A DNA stretch of 64,000 bases. Source: Felis catus. Its lineage: Eukaryota. The translations under genes and the position numbers were made by a program. Below the pieces are notes generated by a model that saw nothing but the letters and a program-made list of their open reading frames with translations, had not been told where the DNA came from and searched no databases. Positions 28,241 to 41,710 of this stretch are shown piece by piece. The stretch covers positions 160,892,001 to 160,956,000 of the forward strand of contig NC_058368.1 of the NCBI RefSeq assembly GCF_018350175.1, given 5' to 3'. Position 1 is the stretch's first letter, and each line of letters starts with the position of its first letter.

Positions 28241-28846
28241 GAGGCATAGTTACCTCGTGTCTGACCTCATCTCTAAGTATCTTATTTAAGCATACAAACA
28301 TGATCTGCCTAACTTAACATCTGTAGGTTGATAAGCTAGGTGATTTCTAAGAACACTTCTACACCTCATATTTTATTGTTTAAAAATGAGAGAAAAAAGT
28401 TGGGGGTAATTTAGAAGTACAACCAAGACTCATAATATTCATTACCACTGCTAACAGCAGTTCAGTTCCCATGTGCAAGACACCAGGTAGTCAATTGTTG
28501 ACAAAGTCACAACGGATATGGATAACTTGAAGGCAAGTGCCATATCAATCCATCCTTATTGATGAGTAGTACCTGTAAACATTGTTATCTCAATTGAAGA
28601 GAAAAATATTTTGTCAAATGCATTTTTCTAAATTTCACATGGTAAATTTGAGATATGTTTAAGGAAAATGTTATCTTTATAGGTGATCATAGCGCCAATG
28701 TTATTTGTTACTCCATATTGCTTTTCTTAATTTTTTCAGTGCATTAGTCTTAGGAGATGATTAATTCACTTTCACTCTTCTCATTAGCTCTGACTATGAA
28801 TGGATACATTACTAGATGGATCAAGCTGTAAAAAGTCTGAGCTGTC

Positions 28847-29057
28847 GGGGCACCTGGGTGACTCAGTCAGTTGAGCCACCCAGACTCTTGATTCCAGAAC
28901 TCTTGATTCTGCCTTAGGTCATGATCCTTGGGTCATGGGATCAAGTCCTGCATCAGGCTCCCCACTGAGCTTGGAGCCTGCTTGGCATTCTATCTCCCTC
29001 CCTCTCTCTGCCCCTTTTCCCTGCTAGCTCTCTTTCTCTCCTAAAAAGAAAAAAAAG
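28847..29057 (+). mobile_element. Can-SINE
   Basis: Full body with a small internal duplication (actcttgatt). Confidence 0.9.
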
Positions 29058-29309
29058 TTGATCTGTCATAAAGACTACCATGATATCATCAGAGTAGTTT
29101 ATATACTTTGTCTTCCTCTTCAAAATGTAAGAGATGCCCTGATGGTACATTAACAATAAAAAAATTATAAATTATTATAACAGAAATAAAAACTTATGAA
29201 GGAGATAATGTCCATAATTTAAATATTGTTAAAATTTTATGTAAATAGTTACTTTTATATTTTACATTGGACTATCATACATGTGCTTATTTGAAATGTG
29301 TCGTATTTT

Positions 29310-29512
29310 GGGGCGCCTGGGTGGCGCAGTCGGTTAAACGTCCGACTTCAGTCAGGTCACGATCTCGCGGTCCGTGAGTTCGAGCCCCGTGTCAGGCTCT
29401 GGGCTGATGGCTCAGAGCCTGGAGCCTGTTTCTGATTCTGTGTCTCCCTCTCTCTCTGCCCCTCCCCCGTTCATGCTCTGTCTCTCTCTGTCCGAAAAAT
29501 AAATAAACGTTG
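29310..29512 (+). mobile_element. Young felid SINE (SINEC_Fc-like)
   Basis: CpGs largely intact; 14-bp TSD aatgtgtcgtattt. Confidence 0.95.
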
Positions 29513-30019
29513 AATGTGTCGTATTTAGTCCTAAAAAAATGTTTTGTGTTTTTACTTTGACCATGTGTCAACAGCCTACAGTAGGAAAAAAATTCTCATG
29601 TCTTTTATTTTACATAATGTGTGAAAATTGATAAAGACAGGCTATTTATTTTACACTATCAAGTCTTATGGGAAAGTTTTCTTTCCAGTCTTGCTATCTA
29701 CATAATTATTATGAATTGCTATTGCTATTTTCCATTAAGCTCTGGTAAGAATTCCTTCGTCTACTTTACTCTCTGGGTAGATACTTTCCTTCTGTTAAAA
29801 TGCAAGAGCTGCCTAAAATGCTGGTAATCTCAGCCACTTCATTCCTGGTGCCAGGAGAACACAGCTTTCTCTTTTCCCAGTCTATAATTTCAGTGGTGAA
29901 ATAATGCATATATGTTATGCCCTAGGACTAGACCAGAGTTTGTAGTTTCAAAACCATCCTCAAATACAAAATCTTGGGTTTAAACATATTTAAGTATTTA
30001 ATAGTTATATTAACAATTT

Positions 30020-31720
30020 CAAAAGCCATCTGTGGAATCAACACAATTTCTATCAAAATTCCAAACGTATTCTTCATAGAAACAGAAAAACAATCCCTAA
30101 AATTTGTGTGGAACCACAAAAGACCCAAACAGACAAAGCAAGCCTGAGGAGGAAAAACAAAGCCAGAGATATCACACTTCCTGATTTCAAGATATATTAC
30201 AAATCTATAGTAATAGAAAGAGTATCAGTACTGACATAATAATAGATCCATAGCCAATGGAACAGAATAGAGACCCCAGAACTAAAACCCCTACATATTT
30301 GGTTTACTAATATCTGACAAGGGAGCTAAAAACACCCAATGGGGAGAGGATAGTATCCTAAACAAATGGTGCTTAGAAAACTGGAAAACACATGCAGAAC
30401 AATGAAATTGGACCCCTATCTTTCACCACTTGCAGAAATTAACTTGAAATGGATCATATAATTAAACATAAGACCAGATACCATAAAACTCCTGAAGAAA
30501 ATGTAGAAAAGAAGCTTCGTGACATTGCTCTTGGAATGAGTTTTTGGATAAGACACTAAAAGCACAAACAACAAAAGCAAAAATCAACAGATGAGATTAC
30601 ATCAAACTTAAAATCTTCTGCACAGCAAAATAAATAAAGTAAAATTGCAGTCTAAAAAATGGGAGGACACTTATACAAACTATGTATCAAATATAGGGTT
30701 AATATCTAAAATCTATAAAGAACTCCAACAACTCAATAACAAGGAACAAACAATTTGATTAAAAAATGAGCAGAGAAACTAAATGCACGTTTTTTTCCAA
30801 AGAAAACATGCAAATGGCCAACAGGTACACTGCAATATGCTCAATATCACTAATCATCTGGGAAATTCAAATCAAAACCACAAGGAGATATTACCTCACA
30901 TTCGTTAGAATGGCTATCATGAAGGAGACAAGAGATATCAAGCATTAGCGAGGATGTGGAGAAAAGGAAATTTTATACACTGTTAGTGGGACCATAATTT
31001 GGTTCACCCACTGTGGGAAACAATAGAGAGATTCCTCAAAAAATTAAAAAGAGAACCACCATATGACCCAACAGTTCCAGGTTCTGCCATATGGTCCAAT
31101 GGTCCTAGGTATACACCCAAAGGAAATGAAAAGAGAACATCAAAGACATATATGGAATCTCATGTTTATTGCAGCATAAATAGGAAAAATTCATGACCAT
31201 TCAAGGGATAAATGGATAAAGATGTGGTGGAATATTATTTAGCTATGAGGAAGAAAGACATCCTGCCATTTACCATGACATGGATGGACCTTCAGCACAT
31301 TATGCTGAGCAAAAGAAGTCAGAAAAGACAGGTATTATATGGTATCAGTTATATGTACAATTTTAAAAAGCCAAAGCCACAAAAACAGAGAAGAAAATGG
31401 TGGTTACAAGGAGATGGTGTGGTAGTAGATAATATAGTGAGGTTGCTTAAGGGTAAAACTTGCTAAGAGTAGTAAATAAACCTTAGAGATCTAATGCACA
31501 CTATGATGAATATAGGCAATACTGTATTATAACCATTAAACTTGCTATGAGACTGGAACTTCATTATTCCATCCACTAAAAAGAGATGATAATTACATAA
31601 GGTGACAGAAGTGCTAATTAAAGCTACAATAGCAATCATATTATGATAAATAACTATATCAAATGAACTTGCTAGACACACTGTTGCATGTGTGTCAAAT
31701 ATATTTTAATAAAAAAAATT
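30020..31720 (+). mobile_element. Older LINE-1 3' fragment (L1MA-type)
   Basis: ORF2 C-terminus, 3' UTR, A tail. Confidence 0.92.
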
Positions 31721-31974
31721 CCTCCTTCCTTCGTAACCTGACTTTGAGCCATACTTGTTTTTAGGCAATACTTTTAATAAGTGACGCCACAGAACCTCAT
31801 TATCTATGGCCACAAGTCTTCTCTCATTATGTCTGTAATATTAGCACAGATGTGCTCATCTCACTGATGACTGCCAGTAATTTATCTTTTTATTTCTCTT
31901 GATCTTATACTTTCAATTCTGCTTATTCCTAAGTTTGTTTTCATTTTATTCCTTTTTTTATCTATGAATTTCTA

Positions 31975-32180
31975 CTTAAAAAAAAGTTTATTTATTTATT
32001 TTGAGAGTTAGAGAGAGCACAAGAGCAGGGGAGGGGCAGAGAGAGAGGGAGAGAATCCCAAGCAGGCTCTACACTGTCAGCGCAGGGCCCAACGTGGGGC
32101 TTGAACTCATCAACGGTGAGATCATAACCTGAGCTGAAATCAAGAGTTAGACACTCAACTGATTGAGCCACCCAGGCATC
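31975..32180 (-). mobile_element. Can-SINE
   Basis: Reverse SINEC body. Confidence 0.92.
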
Positions 32181-33557
32181 TCTCTACTTCTCTTTTTAAT
32201 GCTTATCTGACATTCTTTTTAATTTTATTCCTATTTATTAGAAAGTTTAAAGTTTTCTTTGTACCAGCAATACATTTTGATGCTGAATTTATTATTTTTT
32301 TTCTTTATCTTTTCCTGGAACATTATGTTGCAACTATTTATTTCATCCATTTGTAGAGTTGACTTTTTTATATATAGTTTTCACTGGTGGAATAAAATAT
32401 GGCATTTAAAAAAATAAACTTGAGATTTCTAAGGAAAAGAGAATTAATCTCTGTTATTAATTTTTGGCTTTATTTATATTGTTGTCAGAAATAGTGGCCT
32501 ACATAAGTTCAGAACTGTAGTTTGAAGTGTGTAGTTTTTTGGTGTTTATTTTTTTGTTTTTTGATGTTTGGTATATGGTGATTTTTGATGCTGCTTTCTT
32601 GGAAAGATGGTGGCTCTCATTGATTTTAGCTTGGTTAATTCAAAATTAGTTAACCAAGGTTTATTTTATGAGAAAAAATGGATTATTACATTAATTATAT
32701 GAATTAAGTAATAAGAATTAAATCAAAAATAGTAAGATTTCAGTATCAGATCTATAATTAATTAGCAGACCTGCAATCGTAGCCTAATTCAGACCCTACA
32801 GCCTAGACACTGAAAAGGCAAGTAATTCAACTGCTCCATATTTCAATTTATTTTTCTGTATTATAGAAATAATATATATTATTTTGCCCAACTATTAAAT
32901 TATTATAATTATACTGCAGATCCAGGAAAACCTCTCACACACACCAAAAATTTGGCATGATGTTGAGACTTATTATACACACTCACACACCCAGAGGGTA
33001 TGAAAAAGTTCATCACTCATATAATGATACATCCTGTAGAAAACCAATATGCTCCCAACCATGTCCAAAAAGGGCATGAGAGAACAGAGAAAGGAAACTG
33101 GCTTGGTGTGTTCATTTGGGATGGGGCTGGGGTGAAGGTTCCTACTCATGGCTTGAGCTTCCAACCAGTGACAAAGGAAGGGGCACCCTGGCTTTCTTAC
33201 CATCTTGTCCAAATGTGGGGCAAAAGGGGAAGAGGGAGGGATGAGATTTAAAAGTGGCAGCTGTCAACACAGATATATGGAGTCAGATTATTAGAATAAG
33301 GATTGTATGTGACAATATTTGCAGATTGCTTAGGTAGTGGTTATTTTTATTATCATTATTATTATAATAAATAAACGATTTATTACCTCAATTACTTGCC
33401 CAAAATCTGTGAAAGAAGGAAGGTATCTGAAGTTTCAATGAGTTTCCAACAAACTTGAGCTATAGCTAAATTGCTATATGACAAGAGCAAAGACAAACTC
33501 TGTTTTGGTTCACCATCTTTACACTTTCCATGATTTCCTCCAATACTTTCTTTGTAG

Positions 33558-33772
33558 CTATCCAATGTATTCCTACTTGTGACCATATTAGGATACATAT
33601 AGTCTACATACATGGAAAGGACATCCAATGAAACTTTCTTAGCATATACAGCTAACAGGAATTCATAGAAACAACAAAAATTCAAATTATCTGGGGAAAT
33701 ATTCTTTGTATTTTGCATTAAATAAGACCATTTCTCCTTTTTACCTACCATTGATTTGAATTAACAAAGAAG
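33558..33772 (+). pseudogene. Membrane-proximal ectodomain exon (Ig-like, degenerate)
   Basis: Acceptor tactttctttgtag, donor AAG|gtaagt; ..TWKG...NYLGKYSLYF..INKE ends in phase 1, matching the next exon; several stops. Confidence 0.45.
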
Positions 33773-33972
33773 GTAAGTGAAATATATATTTCATAGTTTT
33801 AGCTGGTTAGTATATATAAGCATGCCATTTTTCTATTCCTGTTTACTAGAGATATGTAGCAATCTAGGGCTAGTGATAGTGTTAAAATGTATTATAGAGG
33901 TTGTTTCTCATATCTCAGAGACGCCATTGCCCAGCGATTAAATCATATGATTATTTTCACTTTATTTTTCAG

Positions 33973-34005
33973 GGGAGAACAAAGATAATTACTACAATAT
34001 ACCAG
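33973..34005 (+). pseudogene. Stalk exon (33 nt, phase 1-1) GENKDNYYNIP
   Basis: Acceptor ttttcactttatttttcag, donor CAG|gtgtat; open frame. Confidence 0.55.
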
Positions 34006-35342
34006 GTGTATTTTAAAGGATTGATTCTTCATCTCCCGTCCTCACTTCAGACCAGTCTAATTTGATTTATTCCCTTCGACTACTTGATAGTGCTGTGGCC
34101 TGGCACTCTCACTTTCCATATTGCCAGATGTACAGTGGTCACTTGACTACCCTCATATCACTCTGCCAGTTAGCACTGTGCAAAATATTGACCAGTCCAT
34201 TCCTGGGGTGGAATGGAGGGTATTTTTTTTCTCCAGCCTCATTTTCTGCTATTACTCAATCTCCTTAAGTCTTATCCTATGTTCCACCTATAAATGAAGA
34301 CTGTCTGCAGCACTGGTCCTGGACCTCCTTTTCTCCTCTACTTTTTCTCTGAAGCAATCTAATTCATCCCATTATTTAAATGGCATCTATCTACCAAGGT
34401 CTTTCAAATATTAAAATTTGGGTCATCAATTTATGATGATGAAAATACTATTACAAAAATATTCCCCCATATTCAACATATTCATTTAGTTGTGGAATGC
34501 TGAATTTTAAATGTAGGTTAATTTTATTGCAATTGTTGATGGATTAGCTTTAATTGTAAAGTAAGTTTTTCTTTAACCTACATACTATGAGAATAATAAG
34601 TTTCCATAATTTTAGCATATCTTTCATTTTGGAGATGTGTCTAGTGACAAATCCGTTTACAGCTGTTTAAAACAATCTCAAATTTATTGAAAGGATAAAT
34701 ATGTCATCAATAGAAAGCAAGGTTTTTCCTCATTAAAATAGAACAGAATTATTTTTTAAAATGTGTTGTTTTTCTTCTTTTTTTCTCTTTATCACTATTT
34801 CACACTCTCAGGCAATCTGCAGAGGCTTTAGGGGTGCTTTGGCATGATTAAATTTATACCATATTAAAGTGTAGCTTGATTAGTAAAATTGAATAAAATG
34901 AGATTATTAATTAAAGATGGAATTTGTTCTACAAATTTCATAAAAAATAAAGCAGTATCTTTCTGTTATTATTACTGTGCCTGCTTACCACATGTCATTA
35001 GGTCTTTATTTAAGAATACTAATTTTGTTACCACTGAGCTAATGAGTTCTCCCATGCAAATTAAAATATGTGGTTTTCAGTATCTTATCTTTCACCACTG
35101 TCAGGAAGAGTTTTTATAATATTTGACATTTCAGTGAATTTTAGCAAGTGTAGGGATACTTAGAATTACTGAACCATCGTTTTCTTTATCACAGGAAATC
35201 AGAAATACATTTTGTTTTTATTCTATTCTATTTCATCCTGGTTTGATACAGTGAATAAAAAAGAGAACTTCCAGACAGTTTTAAAGACTTTATAAAAAAT
35301 GTAAAGGGGTCTATTTATTTTATTAGAAATTTCATTTCCCAG

Positions 35343-35392
35343 TTGCTTGGCTAATCCTTTCTCTATTTGCTATTTTATTGTTCTTATCTTTG
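35343..35392 (+). pseudogene. Transmembrane exon (50 nt, phase 1-0) VAWLILSLFAILLFLSL
   Basis: Acceptor ttcatttcccag, donor TTG|gtaagg; 17 uncharged, mostly hydrophobic codons. Confidence 0.7.
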
Positions 35393-35491
35393 GTAAGGTT
35401 TTTTTGTTTTGTTTTGTTTTTATTTTTAAAAAACAAAATCAATACTCATGCAATAGTATTAAATAAATCACATGCTCAACAATGAAATACA

Positions 35492-35701
35492 GGGGTACCT
35501 GGGTGGCCTAGTCAGTTAAGCATCTGATTTCAGTGAGGTCATGATCTTGCAGTTCTTGGGTTCCAGCCCTTCATCAGGCTCTGCACTGTGGGGAGCCTGC
35601 TTGGGATTGTCTCTCTCTCTCCCCGCCCCCCACCTCTCTCTCTGCCCCTCTCCCACTTGCTCTCTCTCTCAAAATAAATAGACTTATTTTTTCTAAAAGA
35701 A
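35492..35701 (+). mobile_element. Can-SINE
   Basis: Full body; TSD aacaatgaaataca. Confidence 0.92.
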
Positions 35702-36010
35702 AACAATGAAATACAAATCAACAACATCCCTGTGTGTAAAATACTTCTAGAGAACACTGTGTGGCAAAGATGCTTACTATATGAATAAAAGGGAAGTGTT
35801 CCAAGGTGTGCTAAATGATGATTCTATCAAACTACCCTAGGATATAGGTCTTTAGTATCTGTGTTTTCTCTTAATGTGTTTGCCAAACTGCCATTCTTAA
35901 TCAGAAGGGCTTATTACTCCCCAAATAATTAATAATAAAGTAACTTTAACTAGAAGAAGACAAGGTTCCCAATTTGGGAACATTTTGCCCCAGGCCTTTT
36001 CTTTAAAGAT

Positions 36011-36035
36011 GATAGATAGATAGATAGATAGATAG
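36011..36035. repeat. (GATA)n microsatellite
   Basis: Six GATA units. Confidence 0.95.
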
Positions 36036-36782
36036 AACACGAGATTGGTAGATTATCCTAAAAAGTTTAGCAGCACAAAGCTACTTTTTAGGACTAAATT
36101 GAAAAAAATATTGTCTGATTTCTATGATACCTTTAACAGCTTCTTTATGGCAGGTTTTCAGTCTGGTCAAGGTTGTTCTGTGGAATTGTTCACCTGAACT
36201 TTGCATAATTGAAAGATGCTGTTGTTTCTTTTGGCCTGCCTATGGGTTTAGACAGCTGTTTCTCCAACAGGCAGTAAACTGGTAAACAAAAACACAGCGC
36301 TTTCTGGACAGCTGTATAAAGGCATAAGAAAGAATTTATTAAGCTTTTACTGTCAATATGATAACTGCTTAGCCTATTTTTTTGCATAAATTCTGTTCGG
36401 TAGCATTTCTGTGGATAATTGTTTCGTTTATTTGCTACAATAAAAATATTTTAATCTACATGATCATAATGATGAAAATAAATATATAACACTTATCTTT
36501 CTTTTTCATCATACTGTCATTTATCTAATTTGATACTGCTGAAATAACTGGAGGAAGCAGGTGTAACTAAACAGGAATGAAAGCAATAATATTGGAGTTT
36601 TACTCTATGCCGATTTGAGCTTTTCAAAAGGGCCATTAAATATGTCTCAGTGCTCATACCATTTGGTTTTGCAAAAACTGGCACTGATGACAACTAGACA
36701 CATCATCAAGTCAACAAAAATAAGTGGTAAATAATAGAACGTAGTGCGAATTCTTATTTATCTAAAAAATAAGTTCACTCCA

Positions 36783-36992
36783 GGAGTGCCTGAGTGACTC
36801 AGTCAGTTAAGCATATGATTCTTGACTTCGGCTCAGGTCATGATCTCAGTTTGTGGGTTTGAGCCCCGTGTTGGGCTCTGCGCTGACAGTGTGGAGCCTG
36901 TTTGGGATTCTCTCTCTCCCTCTGTGTCTCCCCCTCCCCTGTTCACATGTACGCTTTCTCTTGCAAAATAAATAAATAAACATTAAAAAAAA
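36783..36992 (+). mobile_element. Can-SINE
   Basis: Full body and A tail. Confidence 0.92.
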
Positions 36993-37476
36993 TGAAGGTA
37001 ACCAATGGATTAGATGTTTACGTATTCTGTGGTAGATGAAGAGAGTTCACGTTATTTATTAGATTGTACATAATATGTAATGTGTATATCTGCATATCTG
37101 TACATATATATGCATTTTATATAAATTACTTCATTAACTTTTAGTTTGCATCGCTTATGTATATATTTTATAGATAATAATTTCATAATAAATGAAAAAC
37201 ATAAAAAATGAAGTTGACATGGATTAAACAGCATGCATTAAATGTCTCTGTCCTAGGGACAGTAATGACAAGAGACCTCATTTAGTTGATGCTACATAAA
37301 CTCCCTGGGGCAATGGGGAAGTTATTATTTGGGTCATTGTATATAACTTTCAAATTAAAAATCTTACAAAAATTATTTTTCCAAACCAATCAACCACAAG
37401 ACTAAAAAAACATATTTTTACATAAAGACTTTTACCTTCTCTTTAAAAATAACACAAAATTTCTTATTTTATTTAG

Positions 37477-37513
37477 ATTCATTTCCAAACTCATTGCTCT
37501 CGTTGGAAAAAAA
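37477..37513 (+). pseudogene. Juxtamembrane exon (phase 0-1) IHFQTHCSRWKK
   Basis: Acceptor ttcttattttatttag, donor AAA|gtaaag; basic residues after the TM; phases fit both neighbours. Confidence 0.5.
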
Positions 37514-38233
37514 GTAAAGACGGTTGCTTTTAAAAGCATGTGAAACTACATTAATTTTCTTCTAGAACATTTAGCTTCAGGTATAAATTTGCCTTGTATT
37601 AAATTGACACAGAGGAATATAAAAGCACTTTCAAAAAATGTAAAGTCAAGCTATATTTAGGTTATGAAGGCTTAGGTATAAGGAGGAGAAAGCCAGAGAA
37701 CTAATTTTTTTTCTTTAAACAGCTGATTTCTTCCCTAATGCTAATATTTTACTTTTTCTGGAATCCATTACTATAAATCGAGAAATTGTAATATGCTTAA
37801 TTATAAGCCATTTCATTTCTAATACTTGCCTAAAGTTTAGTAAGGAAACTAATTCCCTCTCTGAGTCTACAAGTCTGATTTTTTTTTTTTAAATTCCCAA
37901 ACATCGATATGTAGTTATCTTCAAACACAATGTAATGTTCTCTTTTCCTCACATTTCTATTTGATAAGTTTTGACCTGGAAAATAGTTTATATATGTGTA
38001 CTTTAAAGAAATCTTGAAGAAATATGTCAAGTATTACATAATTTTTAATGTATAATTTTAATAAACAGAACAAAAACAGTTTTTTGTTGTTTACATGTTG
38101 TTGCTATATTTCTATGTATGTTATTATGTTGTTATTAATAATGACTTTATTAAATTTAAACTATTATCTTTCCCTAGTTTATATATATATGCTTTATATT
38201 TATATAAAACACACTTAACTTTTTTCTGAAAAG

Positions 38234-38295
38234 CGAAGCATGTCTACTTGCATACTCCAATATTTGAGTTCCTCAACTGCTTTTTAAATCTGATG
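38234..38295 (+). pseudogene. PTP D1 wedge exon 1 (62 nt) KHVYLHTPIFEFLNCFLNLM
   Basis: Acceptor tttttctgaaaag, donor ATG|gtaagt; the only open frame; spacing matches PTPRA YPPLPVDKLEEEINRRM. Confidence 0.7.
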
Positions 38296-38482
38296 GTAAG
38301 TTTCTTAAAAAATACACAGAAGTTATGTATGTTAATATATTTATATCATATCTTTTAATATTTAACCCTTATCTGTATGGATTTTATTAATTTGAAATTT
38401 TTATTATACTATCCTATTAGAAATTAAGAATATTAATATTATATAATTTGTTTTTATCAAATATTTTATTTCTTATGTATAG

Positions 38483-38520
38483 TATACAAATGGATCACAT
38501 TTAAAACTGAGATTTAATAA
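38483..38520 (+). pseudogene. PTP D1 wedge exon 2 (38 nt) YTNGSHLKLRFN
   Basis: Acceptor ttttatttcttatgtatag, donor gtaagt; the only open frame; matches ADDNKLFREEFN without gaps. Confidence 0.7.
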
Positions 38521-38799
38521 GTAAGTTTTCTAGGCATTTAGCATTTAATACTTACATATTTCTCCCTATAACCATGTCTTCACATCTTCCTGGTATAGCA
38601 CGTTTTGTCTTTAAGCTCAAATATATAATATTTCAAATGGCTTAAACTAATTATCATTTGACAGCAATGTGTGATGTTTTATTAAATAATATAATAAGAG
38701 AATCGATAAATATGTAAAGCTGTTGAAATGTTATCTGCATTTATTTATAATTTGTGATTATATTTTTCTTGGGGTAGAAAAGATACATATAAATATAGC

Positions 38800-40419
38800 C
38801 AAAAAAACACTGAATCAAATAAGGAATAAAAAAAAATGACTGACAGGTGTGATCTTGAAAAAAAAAATTATCAGCATGGCAAAGAGATGCTAAGATGAAC
38901 TATAAACAAAATATAAATGAATTCCAAAGACAAATGATAAACTGGGTAAAAAAAAAAGTGACAGGAACATATATTGCTAATCCTCTAAAACTTTCTACCA
39001 ATTCATGTAGACTAGTCCTTCATTAGGAACATGGGCAAAGTTAATGAAAAACAAATCCTACATTAAAAATAAAAATGTGGAATATGTTCAACTTTACTAG
39101 TAACTCTCAATTTAAAAATATAATCTTTTGATTTATTGCATTTTTAAAAATTATTAACAATGACAAACCCATACTTGGTAAAATGGAAAAAATACATGTT
39201 TGAAGCCCAATTTATAAAACTGTAAATTGTTCCCAAGTTTCTGAAGGGCAATTTAACAACGTATATCATCTAAAACTTGTATATCATTTGTCCTACCTGT
39301 CTTTCAAATAGAAATTTATACTGGGGAAGGGGATGATGAACAAAATGGGTGAAAGGGAATGAGAGAGACAGGTTTCCAGTTACGGAATGAATAGAACATA
39401 AGAACAAAAGGAACAGCACAGGGAATACAGACAATGATTTTGTATAACATTACATGGTGACAGATGGTAAGTAGACTTGTGATGAGCATAGCATAACATA
39501 TAGAAAATTTGAGTCACTATGGTGTATACCTAAAACTAACGTAACATTGTGTGTCAGCTATATTCATATGAAAAAATATTTTTTAGGAGAAAGAAATTTT
39601 TACTAGGGAGTTAATTGTACATGTCAGCTGGCTTCTCTCCCCATGGTTATCTATCATACTATCATTTATATAGTGCAATGGTGAAAAATGAAATTTGCCT
39701 AAAAACCATAATTAGGGGAGTGGATTAATAAATTAAAATACACTTATATAATAGAATTCTAGGCAGCCATTAAAATGGCAATGTACATTTAAACTATTCA
39801 CGTGGAAAGGAATACATATTGTTCATTGAAAAATGCAGGGTCCATAAATATAAGACCTTGTTAAATTAAAATGTTATACTACATTTGCAAAGTTATACGT
39901 GTTTACCTTAATATTAAAAATATTTACCAAGACATTAGCAATTATTTTCTTTGAGTGGCAGGATTTCAATGAATATTATTTCTGTTATTTGTTGCTTATG
40001 CTTTTCTGAAAACTTAAATTGGTAATTGTGCTGATTTTTTAACTTTTTATTTTTTTTAATTTAAATCCTAGTTAGCTAATATGTAGTGTAATAATGATTT
40101 CAGGAGTAGAATTTAGTGATTCATCACTTATGTATAACACACAATGCTCATCTCAACAAGTGTCCTCCTTAATACACCTCACCCCTTTGATCTTCCCCCC
40201 CACTCAACACCCACCAGAACCCTCACTTTGTTCCCTGTATTTAAGAGTCTCTTGTGGTTTGTCACCCATTCTATTTTTATATTATTTTGCTTCCCTTCCC
40301 TTATGTTCATCTGTTTTGTATCTTAAATTCCACACATGAGTTAAATCATATGATATTTGTATTTCTCATTGGATCCAGCCCCGTGTTGGGTTCTGTGCTG
40401 ATTATGGAGCCTGCTTAAG

Positions 40420-40466
<47 letters not shown>

Positions 40467-41130
40467 CTGTCCTTCTTCTGCCCCTTTCCCGTTTGTGCTC
40501 TCTCTCTATATATATATCTCTAAAACAAGTTTAAAATGTCATGTACAGTAGCATCAAATTTAAATATGTCATAATAAATCTAACAAAGTATATTAAGATA
40601 GCCACAGTAAAACTAAAAAAGAGGAGAGAAAGAGAAATTAGTAAACCCCTAAATAAAGGGGAAAATACATAACATTTACAGGTTGGAGGAAAATGTTTAA
40701 AGATATCCATTTCCTCAACGGTAATTTTTTAATTTACAGGAAAATAAATGAAATTGCTTGAAAGATTTTTATCTCAAATTGACAAGCTCAATCTAAATTT
40801 ATATGGAATATTCAACTCTAAAGCACTGAAAATAATTCTTTAAGAAGGAATTATTTACTTAAATTTATTTAATTAAATTATTTACTTAAATTTAATTAAA
40901 TTATTTAAGAAGGAGAGGGAAAAGGAAGCAGCTTTGTAAGACTTAGATTATTAAATGTAATACTTACGAAGCTAGAATAGTTGACTGTGTAGTATTGGCA
41001 TAAAGGTAGACAAATTGATTAATGGGAAATAATAAAAAGTCCAGAAATAGATTCACACATACATGCAGTATGATTCATGACACGATGACAATGTGGTATA
41101 AAGGGATTCAACATCCTTGTCAATAAAATG
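38800..41130. mobile_element. Mosaic of old L1 fragments, including a + 3' end at 39325-39576, a - 3' end at 40040-40370 and a partial SINE at 40370-40525
   Basis: L1 3' UTR/ORF2 similarity; boundaries approximate. Confidence 0.7.
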
Positions 41131-41504
41131 GGAATAAATACCTCCTAAAGAGTGGCTGTGAGGACTGAGATAATCACTGTGAGTTTCCAACCGAGTATTC
41201 AGTACATTTTACAGCTGAGTAGGTGCCGGCTGTCAATTTACTACATCCGACAAATTATTCTTCTTGTCATATAATTACTGTTTATCATTTCATTTGGAAA
41301 CAACTGCTCCTAAATAATTTCATTTATTTCCGAAATATAACTACCATTCCTGCTTCATGACCCATAGTCATTTTCTCCAATTCAAATCTATTTTCTCAGC
41401 CTTTAGGCCTGACTATTCACTTGTCTCCCTACAATATGTTCTTAAAACAGCATTTTTATGTATTTAAAATTGCTTTATGAAGAATGTAAGTTCCCTTCTT
41501 TTCC

Positions 41505-41710
41505 TTTTCTTTTACATTTATTCATTTTTCAGAGACAGAGACAGAGTGTGAGTGGGGGAGGGGCAGAGGGAGAGGGAGACCTGGAATCTGGAGGAGGCTC
41601 CTGGCTCTGAGCTGTCAGCACAGAGCCCCCAGGGCTCAAACTCATGAACCACAAGATCATGACCTGAACTGAAGTTTGATGCTTAACTGACTGAACTACC
41701 CAGGCACCCC
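41505..41710 (-). mobile_element. Can-SINE
   Basis: Reverse SINEC body. Confidence 0.92.

Noticed and set aside
33392..33751. 119-aa minus-strand ORF
   Set aside because: No recognisable domain; antisense to the + strand ectodomain exon
36190..36387. 65-aa minus-strand ORF containing KNR
   Set aside because: No further PTP or other motifs; no supporting exon chain
37830..37975. Minus-strand exon-like segment (acceptor ttttccag, GC donor) with vague PTP-like wording
   Set aside because: Wrong strand and order relative to the PTP exon series, ends in a stop, similarity not convincing
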